NCBI RefSeq assembly: GCF_963921235.1
Contig: NC_086097.1
Span: 249,924,001 to 249,988,000, forward strand
Origin: Mobula hypostoma
Taxonomy: Eukaryota
Length of the DNA: 64,000 nucleotides
Direction of reading: 5' to 3'
Made by a program: the position numbers and the translations under genes. The stretch's first letter is position 1; each line of letters begins with the position of its first letter. Under the pieces are notes generated by a model. It was not told the origin of the DNA. It worked only from the letters and a program-made list of their open reading frames with translations, and searched no databases. Shown here in pieces: positions 11,589 through 24,259 of the stretch.

Positions 11589-13360
11589 CCTTGCCCCTTT
11601 TATTAGTATAGTTATGCAATATTAAGTATTTGTCTAAATTCGATTTTGGGGCAGTTTACCTTCTTTTTTGTCGAGAGACCTTTTCCTTACGCCGCCATTC
11701 CCTTGATGACCCGGAAGTTCTCCTGACAGTCCATGTTTCATCAGAAGTTCTGATGAACAGTCTCAGCCCAAAACATTGACTGAGCCTGCTGATTTCCACC
11801 AGCATTTTGAGGGTGTTGTTATGATGCTGTCAACAAAAAGCGATTAATTATCTCAACTGGGCTCCTTACGAGGATTGATAATTGCTAGCAGTGAAGAAAT
11901 TCCCTGTTATAGACATACCAGCTGATGTCTGATAACATCTCTAATGATCAAAACAACCAATTAAAGTCAGTGTAGAAATCAAAACCTGAAGATCAAGGGC
12001 ATTGACCATATGTAATTGGGCAGTAAACTTTCAATTTATCAGCTATTGAGGAGTTTGGTGGAAAAGCCATCTCACAGGCACTCTAGAAATTCCCCCTCTT
12101 GGAATCTAACACCACTGTTTGTTCCTCTCCAGAGATGTTGCCAGACCTGCTGAGTTCCTCCAGCATTGTGTGCGTGAATCTGAAATGTTAGCTACGTTTC
12201 AGTCTCCACAGGCATGCCCAACTCAGCCAGCATTTTCTGTTCTGAATTCAAAATCAAATTTCAAGCAGAAGTTGCTTGTGGATCAGATTGATCACTTTTC
12301 CTGAACAACTTACGTCAGCATTCTTCAGTGGAAACCCAACAATGCAGCAAGCAGTGCATTCAGGCAGAACATTTCAAGACAGGAATCCCACACCTCTGGG
12401 TTATTGAACTATCTCTTTTATCCACTCAGTCTATGCCTCCTACCCTATTATACACCTCTATCAAGTCACCTTTCATCTGGATTAGATGCTCTTGTCCATT
12501 TATCTAATCCTGAAACTGTCTTCAGCCTCCTCGGAAAGTAGAGGCATTGATGAGCTTTCTTGGCTGCGTAGTTTGCATTCTGAAACCATGTATCTGGACT
12601 GGACTTGCATCTGAGGAATGCTTACTCGGGTAATGTAGGATTTGCCTGCAAACTAGTTACAGGCTTTTTGATGGGACTGATTCCGATATCAAACTAGGCA
12701 GCAAAACACCCCAGAGAAAAATACATCTCTGAGATCAAATGATATTAAACCAGACTCTGCAATCATGTTATGGTACTTTACCCAGTAATACTGTATGTTC
12801 ATCGATAAGTGTTAAAGCAGACAGAAGTGATAAGCTTCAGTTCTGTAATCACAGTGTGTGATATTTAACGAACAAGAATTCTTTCGGGTAAATCGCATTC
12901 AATGCATAAATAAATCCCCAGTGTTCTTCCACTGAAACTGTGGGTAATCTGACTGAGTGCACTGTTGAAGAGGGTGGCTCGTGAACCTGCTATTGGCTTA
13001 TCGACCAGAATTAAAATCATAATTAAAATTGGTTATATAAAAACAAGTAAGATTGCAAGATTTAATCAGTGAAGTTGCTCTCCATTAACTACTTGAGCTT
13101 TGCTGAAAGTGATATGAGTACTTTTGTGTGTGTACATCTATCTGTTGTTTGTAGCATTTTGTACTTGCTCAATTGGCGAATTAAATTTCATCTGAGAAAT
13201 TGCCAGCAGATGAAAACCAGTAACTTGTGCTCTATGGGATGTTTTTTCACGTGTTTTTACTAAGTCAAAATTTAAATGACAAATCCATAACCAAAATAGC
13301 AAGATGAAGAATATGTTTTTGGGAGGTGTTTTGTACATTGCTGTCCTTTTTCCAAATTAG

Positions 13361-13499
13361 GGTACTGGAGAATTCTGGAACTTGATTATGAAATGAAGCT
13401 TCTGAATCACGTGACTCAGTTGGTTGATTCAGAATCTTGGTCCTTCTCGAAGGTTCCTCTCAGTATTTGCCTTCAAGAACTGGAACTTCTTGAACCAAG
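13361..13499 (+). CDS. DSCC1: DSCC1 coding exon, YWRILELDYEMKLLNHVTQLVDSESWSFSKVPLSICLQELELLEP
   Basis: ttag acceptor and gtgagc donor; 139 nt, phase 1 to 2; near-identical to the DSCC1 motif YWRILEFDYEMKLLNHVTQLVDSESWSF. Confidence 0.97.
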
Positions 13500-14313
13500 G
13501 TGAGCGATAAGAACTGTGTGCAAACAAACCATTGGGGTTGGTTCTTTCCTGTGTTTTGGAATAATTTTTCTTCTGTTTATGTCTGTTTCTGAATTTGAAG
13601 GCTGTCATTCAATTCATTCTGTGAATTTTTAATCTTATTTTTTTCAACATAGTGAAAAATAATTTATTAGTCCATAGTTTTATTTAAGCTAGACTCTTGT
13701 TAATATTTAATTGTTGGTCAGTAAGTGTATGCATTTTCTGTCTGTTCTGGTAAAAGAAAAATAACCCTAAGGATCTCTTGACAGTCAAATACAGATTATA
13801 ATTCTTTTCCAGCATGCTGTAGTTCAGAGGGTATCATTTAAAGTGTGATTTAATTTCTATCAATGGGACTATACTACCAAACACGTTATTTCTCTCTTCC
13901 ACTCTTTACGATTCCCTTGTCCATTCATCCGTCCTTACTAACCTTCCTCCTGGCACTTATCCCTGCTAGCAAAAGAAGTGCGATACCTGCCCATTCACCT
14001 CCTCCCTTACCTCCATTAGTTACTGGGTCGCCTGCATTGTAAAGCGTTGCGCTGACCACTACATTGTTGTGCCACCTTATTGTCTGACCTGCTGACTATT
14101 TCATTTAAAAAAAAGAAATCTGATTTGCAAACTGTAGTTATTTTTCTAATTTAACTGGAAGCTATTTTAAATATAAAAACTTTCCATCCTTTTTCCATTC
14201 TTTAAAAAAAAACTTCCAAGGATTGATTGTTTAAGGGTTTTCAAGTTAAGCTGAACCACAGCCATTTTATATTTACTGTTATAAACTGTCTGGTTATCCT
14301 GTTCCTCCAACAG

Positions 14314-14366
14314 GGAAATGATAGAACATTGTCTGAATTGTTATGGCAAACCATACACAAATGAAG
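14314..14366 (+). CDS. DSCC1: DSCC1 coding exon, EMIEHCLNCYGKPYTNE
   Basis: caacag acceptor and gtaagg donor; 53 nt, phase 2 to 1; matches EMIEHCLKCYGK. Confidence 0.95.
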
Positions 14367-15517
14367 GTAAGGCATTGCTTTCTTTGGTCCTTTCTACAAA
14401 AGTAAATAGAAAATAATCTTTAAAAAGAAAGGGGTCTCAGCTGAAATGTCCACTGTTTATTCATTCCCATAGATGATCCCTGACCTGAGTTCCTCCAGCA
14501 TTTTGTATAGAACATAGAATAGTACAGCACAGTACAGGCCCTTCGGCCCACAATGTTGTGCCGACCCTCAAACCCCCTCCTTAATTTCCTCCATATACCT
14601 GTCTAGTAGTCTCTTAAACTTCACTAGTGTATTTTGTGTGTGTAACTTCAGAAAATAATATGTTGTCTTTTAACATTGAAATTTGTGTGTGTTTATAGCT
14701 GGTCCTATGGGTGATGTGAGGGAGGAACGGGGCTTCTTTTGCAGTTGTTGTTTTGTTGCTTGTTGTGTTCTGTGTTGCTGTGCTGAGCGTTGTGGGAATG
14801 CTGTGTTGGGGTCAGAATGAGTGGTGACACTTGTGGGCTGCCCCCAGCACTTCCTTGGGTGTGTTGGTTGTTAATGCAGGTGATGCATTTCACTGTATGT
14901 GATAAATAAATCTGAATCTGAATTCTGATTTTCTCCCTATAATTCTCTAAGCAACAGTGGAAATATCAATACTTTGTTTGATCGCTGAGAGCATGATGTT
15001 AGACTATTGCTCTGCCTTGTCAATTGAAATTATTACATGATCAGTGAACATGAGGTGATTAATTCTTTCATTTTTATTTGCAAGGGTTGCTGAGAGACAT
15101 TTTTATGCTGACTGTTGTTCTGCAAGGAAGTTGCTAACTCAGTATAGACCAATTATTAGATGGCACTATTCTTACATGGGTACCTCACTCCTACATCCCT
15201 TGCTGTATTTGTCTGATGATACTTGGAGCAGAATTCAACTTGTGCAGGATTTTCTAAAGGTTAAATTGCAGGTTGAGTCAGTGGTGAAGAAGTCAAGTGC
15301 AATGTTAGAATTCATTGTAAAAGAACTAGAATTCAAGGGGAGGGACATAATGTTGAGGCATTGATCAGAACACACTCAAGAGTATTGTGAGCAGTTTTCA
15401 TATCAAATCAAATCTAGTTCATTTATTCAAACCATACATTGATACAGCTGAATGAGACAGTGTATCTGGGGTCAAGGTACAAAGCATTCAAAATAGCAAG
15501 CAAACTTCAAAATAGTG

Positions 15518-15546
15518 ATATATGTATGTATATGTGTATGTATGTA

Positions 15547-15586
<40 letters not shown>

Positions 15587-15640
15587 ATATATGTATATAT
15601 ATATGTGTATATATGTATGTGTGTGTGTGTGTGTATATAT
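15518..15640. repeat. Compound (TA)n/(TG)n microsatellite
   Basis: Directly visible. Confidence 0.95.
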
Positions 15641-16029
15641 AAAGTCCAAGATCCGGAGCGATGATATCAGACGATCAATCCAGCCATTCATTCCACAGTT
15701 CGAACACAGGAGGGCAGCTCTGATGGGAGAGGCCAGGCTCCAGCCGAGCACGAATACCATGCTGTAAATGTTTCTGTCTCTCTCACCTGGTCTACAGCAG
15801 CAGGCAAGCCCGAGGCTTGAGGCCTAGTCCTCACTACAGCTGAGGTTACACAGCTCCCACGTCGTCTGTCTTGCCACCAGACAAGGGTAACAGGCCTGCA
15901 GCAACTTACATTACCACGGTCCAAAGAGTCTCATGATCATCAGTGAAATGTTTGAGACAGCGTCCCACGGTTACACTGTACCAACTGTGATGTTTCCGAG
16001 TAGTGGCAGTGACATAGTCTGCAGTCAGG

Positions 16030-16385
16030 TCGGCTCCCCAATACATTGGCAGGCTCCTCCGATATCCTGACCATCTCCCTTTTCCAATATCCCAACAGGC
16101 TCCTCCAATATCCCGAATGGCTCCTTTCCCAATACCCCAACCAGCTCCTCTGATATCCCGACTAGCTCCTTCTCCAACATGGTGGCTGGCCCCTTGACGT
16201 CTCGACCGGCTCCTTCACCAACATCCGGTCGGCCCCTACAACACTTCAGCCGGCTCCTCCTCCAACATCATGGCCAGCCCTTACGACATCTCAACCGACT
16301 TCTTCTCCAACATCCCGGTTGGCCCTACAACACCTGATTGCTCCTCCAATGTCACGACCAGCCCCTACGACAACTCGGTTGGCTC
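16030..16385. repeat. Degenerate ~20-23-bp GC-rich tandem repeat
   Basis: Recurrent GGCTCCT(T)C(T)CCAAYATCCCG units. Confidence 0.7.
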
Positions 16386-16539
16386 CGCCACTGACACCAG
16401 TCAGCTACTCCGATCAACGATCAGCTCTGCAGTACCTGATGTTCTTGAAGTAGAATCATCTTGCAATTACAAAAAAAAACAAAGTTTTACAAAGGGTTGG
16501 GCCCTGAGAGGCTGCCGCAATCACACATGCCGCTATCCT

Positions 16540-18710
16540 ACTGGAAGAACTGGGCCCCATATTGAATGTGCTGTTATTTGGAGGAGGTTCACGACAATGA
16601 TCCTGGGAATTAGTGTTAATGTATGAGGAGCATCTGTTGGCTGTGGGACTGTAATGGGAGAATCTCATTGAAACCTACCAAATAATAAAAGGCCTAGATA
16701 GAGTGGATATGGAAAGGATGTTTCCAATAGTGGAAGAGTCTAGGACCAAGAGGGCACAGCCACAGAATACAGGAATGTTTCTTTAGAACAGAGAGAAGGT
16801 GGACTTTCTTTAGCCTGACAGTAGTGAATCTGTGGAATTTGCTGCCACAGTCTGCTGTGGAGGCCGAGTCATTGCATATATTTGAAATCAAGGTTGATAG
16901 ATTCTTGATTAGTAAGGCTGCCAAAGGTTATGGGGAGAAGGCAGGAGAACGGGGTTGAGAAAGATAATAAATCAGCAATGATAGAATGGTGGAGTGGACT
17001 TGATGGGCTGAATAGTCTAATTCTTCTATGTCTTATGGTTTCTTCATAGTTTGACCTTCATGGCTCGGTGTTGCAGATTCTGAGCACAATTTTTGTCTGC
17101 CAGTTCTGTGGTGTGTTTCTTGTTAAGGTTGATCATTTGCAATGAAGGTGATGAAGCAGAATGTGATAGCACCTAGCATGATGCCAATGGCTCACAGCTG
17201 CACTGTTTTGTATCGTGGCATTGTTACATCTCAGACAGGGGCCCATTGGATTATCAGTCCATACCAGTTCCAGAAAGTATGAATTTGGTCTGGTTTCCCC
17301 GCTCCTTTCAGGGAGCCAACTAATTCGTTCTTCCCTCAAGAACCTGATATTTGCCCACTTAAAAATTACGATTAAATATACTTCATGACTCTAGATAATG
17401 ATTCTTAACAGTGTGGAGAAATGGGTTCATGTCCTTAGACCCATCAAAATTGCTCTGCAATTTGATAGACGGTTAAGAAGGGATAGGGTCTGTTGGCCTT
17501 CCATTAGTCGGAGGATTGAGTTCAAGAGCCATGAGGTAATGTTACAGTTCTTTAAAGCTCTTGGAATAGAAATTGAAATGTATTCAAATTTGGTTGCCTC
17601 ATCACAGGAAGGATGTGGAAGCTTTATAGACGGTGCAGAGGAGATTTACCAGGATGCTGCCTGAATTAGAGAGCATGTCTTATGAGGATAAGTTGAGCAA
17701 GTTTAGGACTTTCCTCTTTGGAGAGGAGAATGATGAGAGGTGTCTTTATAGGGGTGTACAAGATGGTAAGAGGCATAGATTGTGTAAATAGCCTGAGACT
17801 TTTTCTCAGGGTGGAAATGGCTCATGCAAGGGAGGCAAAACTAAGGTGTTGGGAGGAAAGCATAGCGGACATGTCAGGGGTAGGTTTTTACACAGAGTGG
17901 TGGATGTGTGGAACTTTTAGCTTTAGCACATTGAAACATAGATAGAAACATAGAAAACCTACAGCACAATACAGGCCCTTCGGCCCAGAAAGCTGTGCCA
18001 ATCATGTCCTTACCTTAGAACTATCTAGGCTTTACCCATAGCCCTCTATTTTTCTAAGCTCCATGTACCTATCCAGGAGTCTCTTAAAATACCCTATTGT
18101 TTCCACCTCCACTGCTGCTGCTGGCAGCCCATTCCACGCACTCACCACACTCTGCGTTTAAAAAAAAATAAAAATTAAAAAATAAAAATTTAAAAAAAAA
18201 CTGCACCTGACATCTCCTCTGTACCTGCTTCCAAGCACCTTAAAACTATGCCCTCTCATGCTAGCCATTTCAGCCCTGGGAAAAAGCCTCTGACTATCCA
18301 CATGATCAATCCCTCTCATTATCTTGTACACCTCTATCAGGTCACCTCTCATCCTCCATCACTCCAAGGAGAAAAGGCCGAGTTCACTCAAGCTATTCTC
18401 ATAAGGCATGCTCCCCAATCCAGGCAACATCCTTGTAAATCTCCTCTGCACCCTTTCTATGGTTTCCACGTCCTTCCTGTAGTGAGGCGACCAGAATTGA
18501 GCACAGTACTCCAAGTGGGGTCTGACCAGGGTCCTAGATAGCTGCAACCTTACCTCTCTGCTCTTAAGCTCAATCCCATTGATGGAAAAAAAAATGGAGG
18601 GGTATGTGGGAGAGAAGAGGTAGATTGATTTTGGAGTATTAAAGAAAGGGTTGGCACAACTTTGTGGGCTGCAGGGCCTGTACTGTGTTGCACTGTTCTA
18701 TGTTCTATGA
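16540..18710. mobile_element. Cluster of CR1 3' fragments (+ strand, with a nested - strand copy at ~17940-18580)
   Basis: RPHLEYCAQFWSP, LERVQRRFTRM and RGDLIEVYKI motifs. Confidence 0.8.
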
Positions 18711-18844
18711 CCTGCCTGCCGCTTAAGAAAAATATTTTTCTTGTGTTACCCCAGCTCTTCTTCCAATCAGTACATCATATGGTTCTCCTCACTTCCTCTT
18801 ACCTCATGTAGACTCTTTGTGATAACAAATCCCTCTGATAAAGG

Positions 18845-19352
18845 ATTGGCCAGTGCTATCATGTTTGCTGTTGTGTGCTGGGGAAGCAGGCTGAGGGTAG
18901 CAGACACCAACAGAATCAACAAACTCATTCGTAAGGCCAGTGATGTTGTGGGGATGGAACTGGACTCTATGACGATGGTGTCTGAAAAGAGGATGCTGTC
19001 CAAGTTGCATGCCATCTTGGACAATGTGTCCCATCCACTACATAATGGACTGGTTGGGCACAGGAGTACATTCAGCCAGAGACTCATTCCACTGAGATGA
19101 AACACAGAGCGTCATAGGAAGTCATTCCTGCCTGTGGCCATCAAACTTTACAACTCCTCCCTTGGAGGGTCAGACACCCGGAGCAAATAGGCTGGTCCTG
19201 GACTTATTTCCATCTGGCATAATTTACATATTATTATTTAATTATTTATGGTTTTATATTGCTATATTTATACTCTATTCTTAGTTGGTGCAACTGTAAC
19301 GAAACCGAATTTCCCTCAGGATCAATAAAGTATGACTAATGACTATGACTAT
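18845..19352 (+). mobile_element. Rex1/Babar-like LINE 3' end
   Basis: ASAIMFAVVCWGS...RINKLIRKA...HPLH C-terminal motif; AATAAAG followed by a (TATGAC)n tail. Confidence 0.7.
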
Positions 19353-19609
19353 AAATTTTCTCTTGATCACGTTTGCTCAAAGGAAACAGTTCTAGCTTCT
19401 CCACTTAATCTGGGTATCTTGGCTTCTTTGATTCTGAAATCTTTCTGTGGGTTTTTTTTTTGGTCTTGGATGTTGGACTATTTTTTAAAACTTGATGTAA
19501 TTTGACACTAAGTGGGTGCTATAGATCCATCAAAACTGAAAGTAGTTCTGTCCTGCATCTTGTTTTAAACCATCATCATATATTATCTTGTCTCTCTCTA
19601 CGTGAAATC

Positions 19610-20950
19610 TTTTGGACCATGTGGATGTTGCCAATGTGGATTGTAGTAAGGTATATGACAGAGTCCCCCACGGGAAGCTCATCCAGAAGATTAAAATGTA
19701 TGAGTTCCCCAGTGAATTGGCAGTTTGGATTCAGAATTGGCTTGCTCTTTGAAGAGGAAAGATAGTGGTAGCTGGGGCTAATTCTCGCTAGAGGTCTGCA
19801 GGGATCTGTTCTGGGATCTCTGCTGTTTGTGATGTATATAAATGACCAGGATAAAAACGTAGATGGGTGGGTTAGTAAATTTGCAAATTATACAAAAATT
19901 GGTGGTGTTGTGGATAGTGTAGAAGACCGGCAAAGAATACAGTGGGATATAGGTCAGTTGCAGATATGGGTGGAGTAATAGCAAATGGAGTTTAATACAG
20001 CCAAATGTGAGGAGTTGCACCTGTCAAATGTGTAGCCACTTTCAGGGAACTGTGAACTTGGACCTCAAGATCCCTCTGCTCATTAACACCCTTAACAGCG
20101 CTGATGAACAGAAAGATCTTGAGGTGGCGACACAGGGTGATAGAATGAATATGCTTGCCTTTATTGTTTGATAGAAAGAATATGCTTGCCTTTATTATCT
20201 GAAGAATTGAGCTCAAGGGTCAGGAAGTTATGTTGCGGCTTTATAAAACTCTGGTTATGCTGCATCTGAACTACTGCATTCACTTCTGGTTGCCCCACGA
20301 TAAAAGAGCTGTTGTGGTTTTAGAGAGGGTGCAAAAAAGGCTTACCAGAGAGCACATGCTATAAGGAGTACATAGACAAGCTTACTTTCTCTCGAGTAGT
20401 GGAGGGTGAGTGGAGATCCAACAGGAATTTATAAGCACAAGCCAGGTGTGATGGTCCAAAGCGTAGACTACTTGTTCCTTTCCATGAACGCTGGTTGATC
20501 TGCTGAGTTCCTCCAGCATTTTGTGTCAGCTGCTCTAGAAGTTTATGAGATTTTGATTTCTCTGGAGCGGAAGAGGCTGAGGGGAGACCTGATAGAGGTT
20601 TATAAGATGAGAGGCATAGATGGAGTAGACAACCAGCATCTCGTCTCCAGGGTTGAAATGTCTAATACAAGAGGGCATGTATTTAAGGTGAGGGGGATAA
20701 GTTCATAGAAGACGCGAGGGTAAGTTTTTAAAAATACAGAGTGGTGGTGGAACACGCTGCCTGGGATACTGGTGGACGCAAATATGATAGGGGTGTTCAA
20801 GTGGCTGCTAGATAGGCCCATGAACGTGGGGGAAATGGAAGGATATGGACTGAGTGGATTAGATTAGTCGGCCATTTGAGTACTAATTTAATTGGTTCGG
20901 TACAACATTGTGGGCTGAAGGGCCTCTTCCTGTGCTGTACTTCTCTACGT
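19610..20950 (+). mobile_element. Degenerate CR1 RT and 3' fragments
   Basis: RLRGDLIEVYK motif and typical CR1 3' tail. Confidence 0.7.
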
Positions 20951-20994
20951 TCACATTTTTAACTGACCAAAGTGCTCGACTTGATTTTCGACAG

Positions 20995-21149
20995 GGGAAG
21001 TATTCTATGCCTTGAATGAGGATGAAGTCTGCAAATCTGTTGCGCTGATGCTGTTACAGAATGCCGTAAAGTTCAATCTATCAGAGTTTGAGGAGGTGTG
21101 GCAACAGAGTGTACCTGAGGGGATGTCAACAAGACTGGATCAACTCAAG
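20995..21149 (+). CDS. DSCC1: DSCC1 coding exon, EVFYALNEDEVCKSVALMLLQNAVKFNLSEFEEVWQQSVPEGMSTRLDQLK
   Basis: acag acceptor and gtaaga donor; 155 nt, phase 1 to 0; matches MLLQNAVKFNLAEFQEVWQQSVPEGM. Confidence 0.97.
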
Positions 21150-22640
21150 GTAAGAATTTCTTGAATAGTTGTCATCCTTTAACATTTGATATGCTGGTGT
21201 TTATCTTGATGGCCTTGGGTCAGTTTTGGACAACTCAGTCTCAATTCCATTTTATTCTCCTAAGATATCTGCTCAAACATCACTGATCATACACCCAAAC
21301 CAATGAGAGGATGAGAAAGAATCCAGCTCCCATGGTGTTCTTATTATTGCTGTCCTTTACTGAGGGTGAGGGGTCAGGGACAGTTATTGTCACTTTTTTT
21401 TGGCTGGGGGGAAATTTCGGAGTCTGAGTTTTGTTTCTTTCCTTTTTCATGCCAGTGGGGGGGGTGTGTGGAATGAGGGTGCAGTTGATGTCTTTTCTTT
21501 CATCAGCACCCATGTTCTTTCTGTATTTAATGGCTATTTGGAGGAGACAAATAGCAGAAGTGTATTGTACCTGCATACTTTAACAACAAAATGAACCTTT
21601 TCAACCTTTGCTTGGAATCTGCAAATTCTTCATCCTTGGCTGCTTTCTGTGTAGTAGAGTCTAAAGAAAAAAAATCAGTTAAAAAAACTGCAATTCTTTA
21701 AAGATCAAAGTACAAGGTATAAGACTGTCACTCCCGTGTGGGCCTCTACAGCCACAACAGACGCTGCTCAGATCTTCCAGGTGCAGATCCATGATCTCGC
21801 GAAACTAACAGATGCCACCAATGTCTACCATATACAACCTTGAGATTTGTCTCCTTACAGGCAGCCACAAAAACAAAACCAAGAAACCCAGTAGAACCCA
21901 TCTTAAAAAGAAGACAATTAAACATCCAATGTGCAGGAAAAAACAAACTGTGTAAACAATAAAAATAACCTTCAGAAATGAAGTTCACTTAAGTGAGTGC
22001 ACAGCCATGGAAGCCAGTCATAGCCAATCAGTTGCAGGCCACAGCCTAGATCAGCACAGAGACAAGTAAGCCTCACGGAGCAGCAAGCTGAACACTTGCC
22101 CATCCCTCACCTCTGGCTCCGACACCTTGACCTTTTCAATCTGGCCTGGCGCTTAAATCGGCCAACCAGCAGCCTGTTCCTTGCTCTCAGACCTGGGCCT
22201 TGCCACTTTGATATGCACTCAGGCCCAGACTTGCTGACTCAATTCGGTCCATACCCAACCTGGCCAATTTGGACCGGCACTTAAGCTGGTCAAACCTCAG
22301 CTTGTTCCTTGCTCACAAGCTTGCAGAGAGATTTAGGCCAGTTAGAAGAGTGGGCTGAAAGATGGCAGATGGAGTTTAATGCTGATAAATGTGAGGTGCT
22401 ACACTTTGGTAGGACTAATCAAAATAGTACATACATGGTAAATGGTAGGGCACTGAAGAATGGAGTAGAACAGAGGGATCTAGGAATAATGGTGCATAGT
22501 TCGCTGAAGGTAGAATCTCATGTGGACAGGGTGTGAAGAAAGCTTTTGGTATGCTGGGTTTTATAAATCAGAGCATTGAGTATAGGAGTTGGGATGTAAT
22601 GTTGAAATTGTACAAGGCCAGATCAATTGGTGAGGCCAGA

Positions 22641-24250
22641 TTTATACTTTATACTTTATTGTCGCCAAACAATTGATACTAGAACGTACAAACATCATAG
22701 CGATATTTGATTCTGCACTTCCCGCTCCCTGGATTACAAATATTAAATATTAAAAATAGTTAAAATTAGTAAATATTAAAAATTTAAATTATAAATCATA
22801 AATAGAAAATAGAAAAATGGAAAGTAAGGTAGTACAAAAAAACCGAGAGGCAGGTCCGGATATTTGGAGGGTACGGCCCAGATCCGGGTCAGGATCCATT
22901 CAGCAGTCTTATCACAGTTGGAAAGAAGCTGATCCCAAATCTGGTCGTATGAGCCTTTAAGCTCCTGAGCCTTCTCCCAGAGGGAAGAGGGACGAAAAGT
23001 GTGTTGGCTGGGTGCGTTGTGTCCTTGATTATCCTGGCAGCACTGCTCCGACAGAGTGCGGTGTAAAGTGAATCCAAGGACAGAAGATTGGTTTGTGTGA
23101 TGTGCTGCGCCATGTTCACGATCTTCTGCAGCTTCTTTCGGTCTTGGACAGGACAACTTCCATACCAGGTTGTGATGCACCCTAGAAGAATGCGTTCTAC
23201 GGTGCATCTATAAAAATTAGTGAGGGTTTTAGGGGACAGGCCAAATTTCTTTAATTTTCTCAGGAAGTAAAGGTGCTGGTGGGCCTTCTTGGCAGTGAAC
23301 TCTGCTTGGTTGGACCAAGTCAGGTCATTTGTGATATTGACCCCGAGGAACTTAAAGCTTTTGACCTGTTCCACTTGCGCACCACCGATGTAAATTGGGT
23401 TGTGCTGTCCGCTACTCCTTCTGCAGTCAACAACCAATCTCTTCGTCTTGCTGACGTTGAGAGATAGGTTATTGTCTTTGCACCATGCCACCAGGTTCTT
23501 AATTTCCTCTCTGTACTCAAACTCATCATTACCGGAGATACGGCCTACAATTGTTATGTCATCAGCAAACTTATATATTGAGTTCGATGGAAACTTGGCT
23601 ACACAATCATGGGTGTACAGTGAGTACAGCAGGGGGCTGAGTACACAGCCTTGTGGGGCACCGGTTGCCAGAGTGATTGTAGAGGAGAGCTTGTCCCCTA
23701 TTTTTACAGCCTGAGTCCTGTCTGTGAGGAAGTTGAAGATCCAGCTGCAGATCTGAGTGTTAAGGCCCAGGTTCCGGAGCTTAGGAATCAGTTTATTTGG
23801 AATGATGGTATTAAAGGCAGAGCTGTAGTCAATGAAAAGGAGCTTTACGTATGCGTCTTTATTCTCCAGGTGTTCTAAGGATGAATGTAGGGCCAGAGAG
23901 ATGGCATCTGCCGTTGACCTGTTGCTCCGGTAGGCAAATTGCAAAGTGTCGAGGTTGACCGGTAGGCTGTGGTTGATGTGTGCCATAACCAATTGCTCGA
24001 AGCACTTCATAGCAATTGATGTCAGAGCCACAGGTCGATAGTCATTCAGGCATGCAATCTTGCTCTTCTTCGGCACTGGGATTATCGTTGCCTTCTTAAA
24101 ACACGAGGGGATCTTAGACAGAAGCAAGGAGCAGTTGAAGATGTTAGCAAACACTCCAGCTAGCTCACTTGCACAGGCCCGGAGAACCCGTCCCGGGACG
24201 CCATCTGGGCCCGTCACCTTCCTTGGATTTATCTTCAGGAAGGCCCTCCT
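22641..24250 (-). mobile_element. Rex1/Babar-clade LINE, 5'-truncated, with an uninterrupted 442-aa RT ORF (22889..24217)
   Basis: [53 protein letters not shown]; (TAAAGTA)n tail; flanked by CR1 fragments. Confidence 0.88.
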
Positions 24251-24259
24251 GATATAGAA

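Larger units (their letters stand above)
5901..11725 (-). mobile_element. Full-length L1-clade LINE, antisense within a DSCC1 intron
   Basis: 14-bp TSD ACAGTCCATGTTTC at 5887-5900 and 11726-11739; poly(T) at 5901; ORF1 plus EN-RT-CCHC ORF2. Confidence 0.95.

Noticed and set aside
15439..15767. ORFs rich in Y/I/V/C or H/T
   Set aside because: Translations of the TA/TG microsatellite
16270..16626. Ser/Thr/Pro-rich 118-aa ORF
   Set aside because: Arises from a tandem repeat running into CR1 sequence
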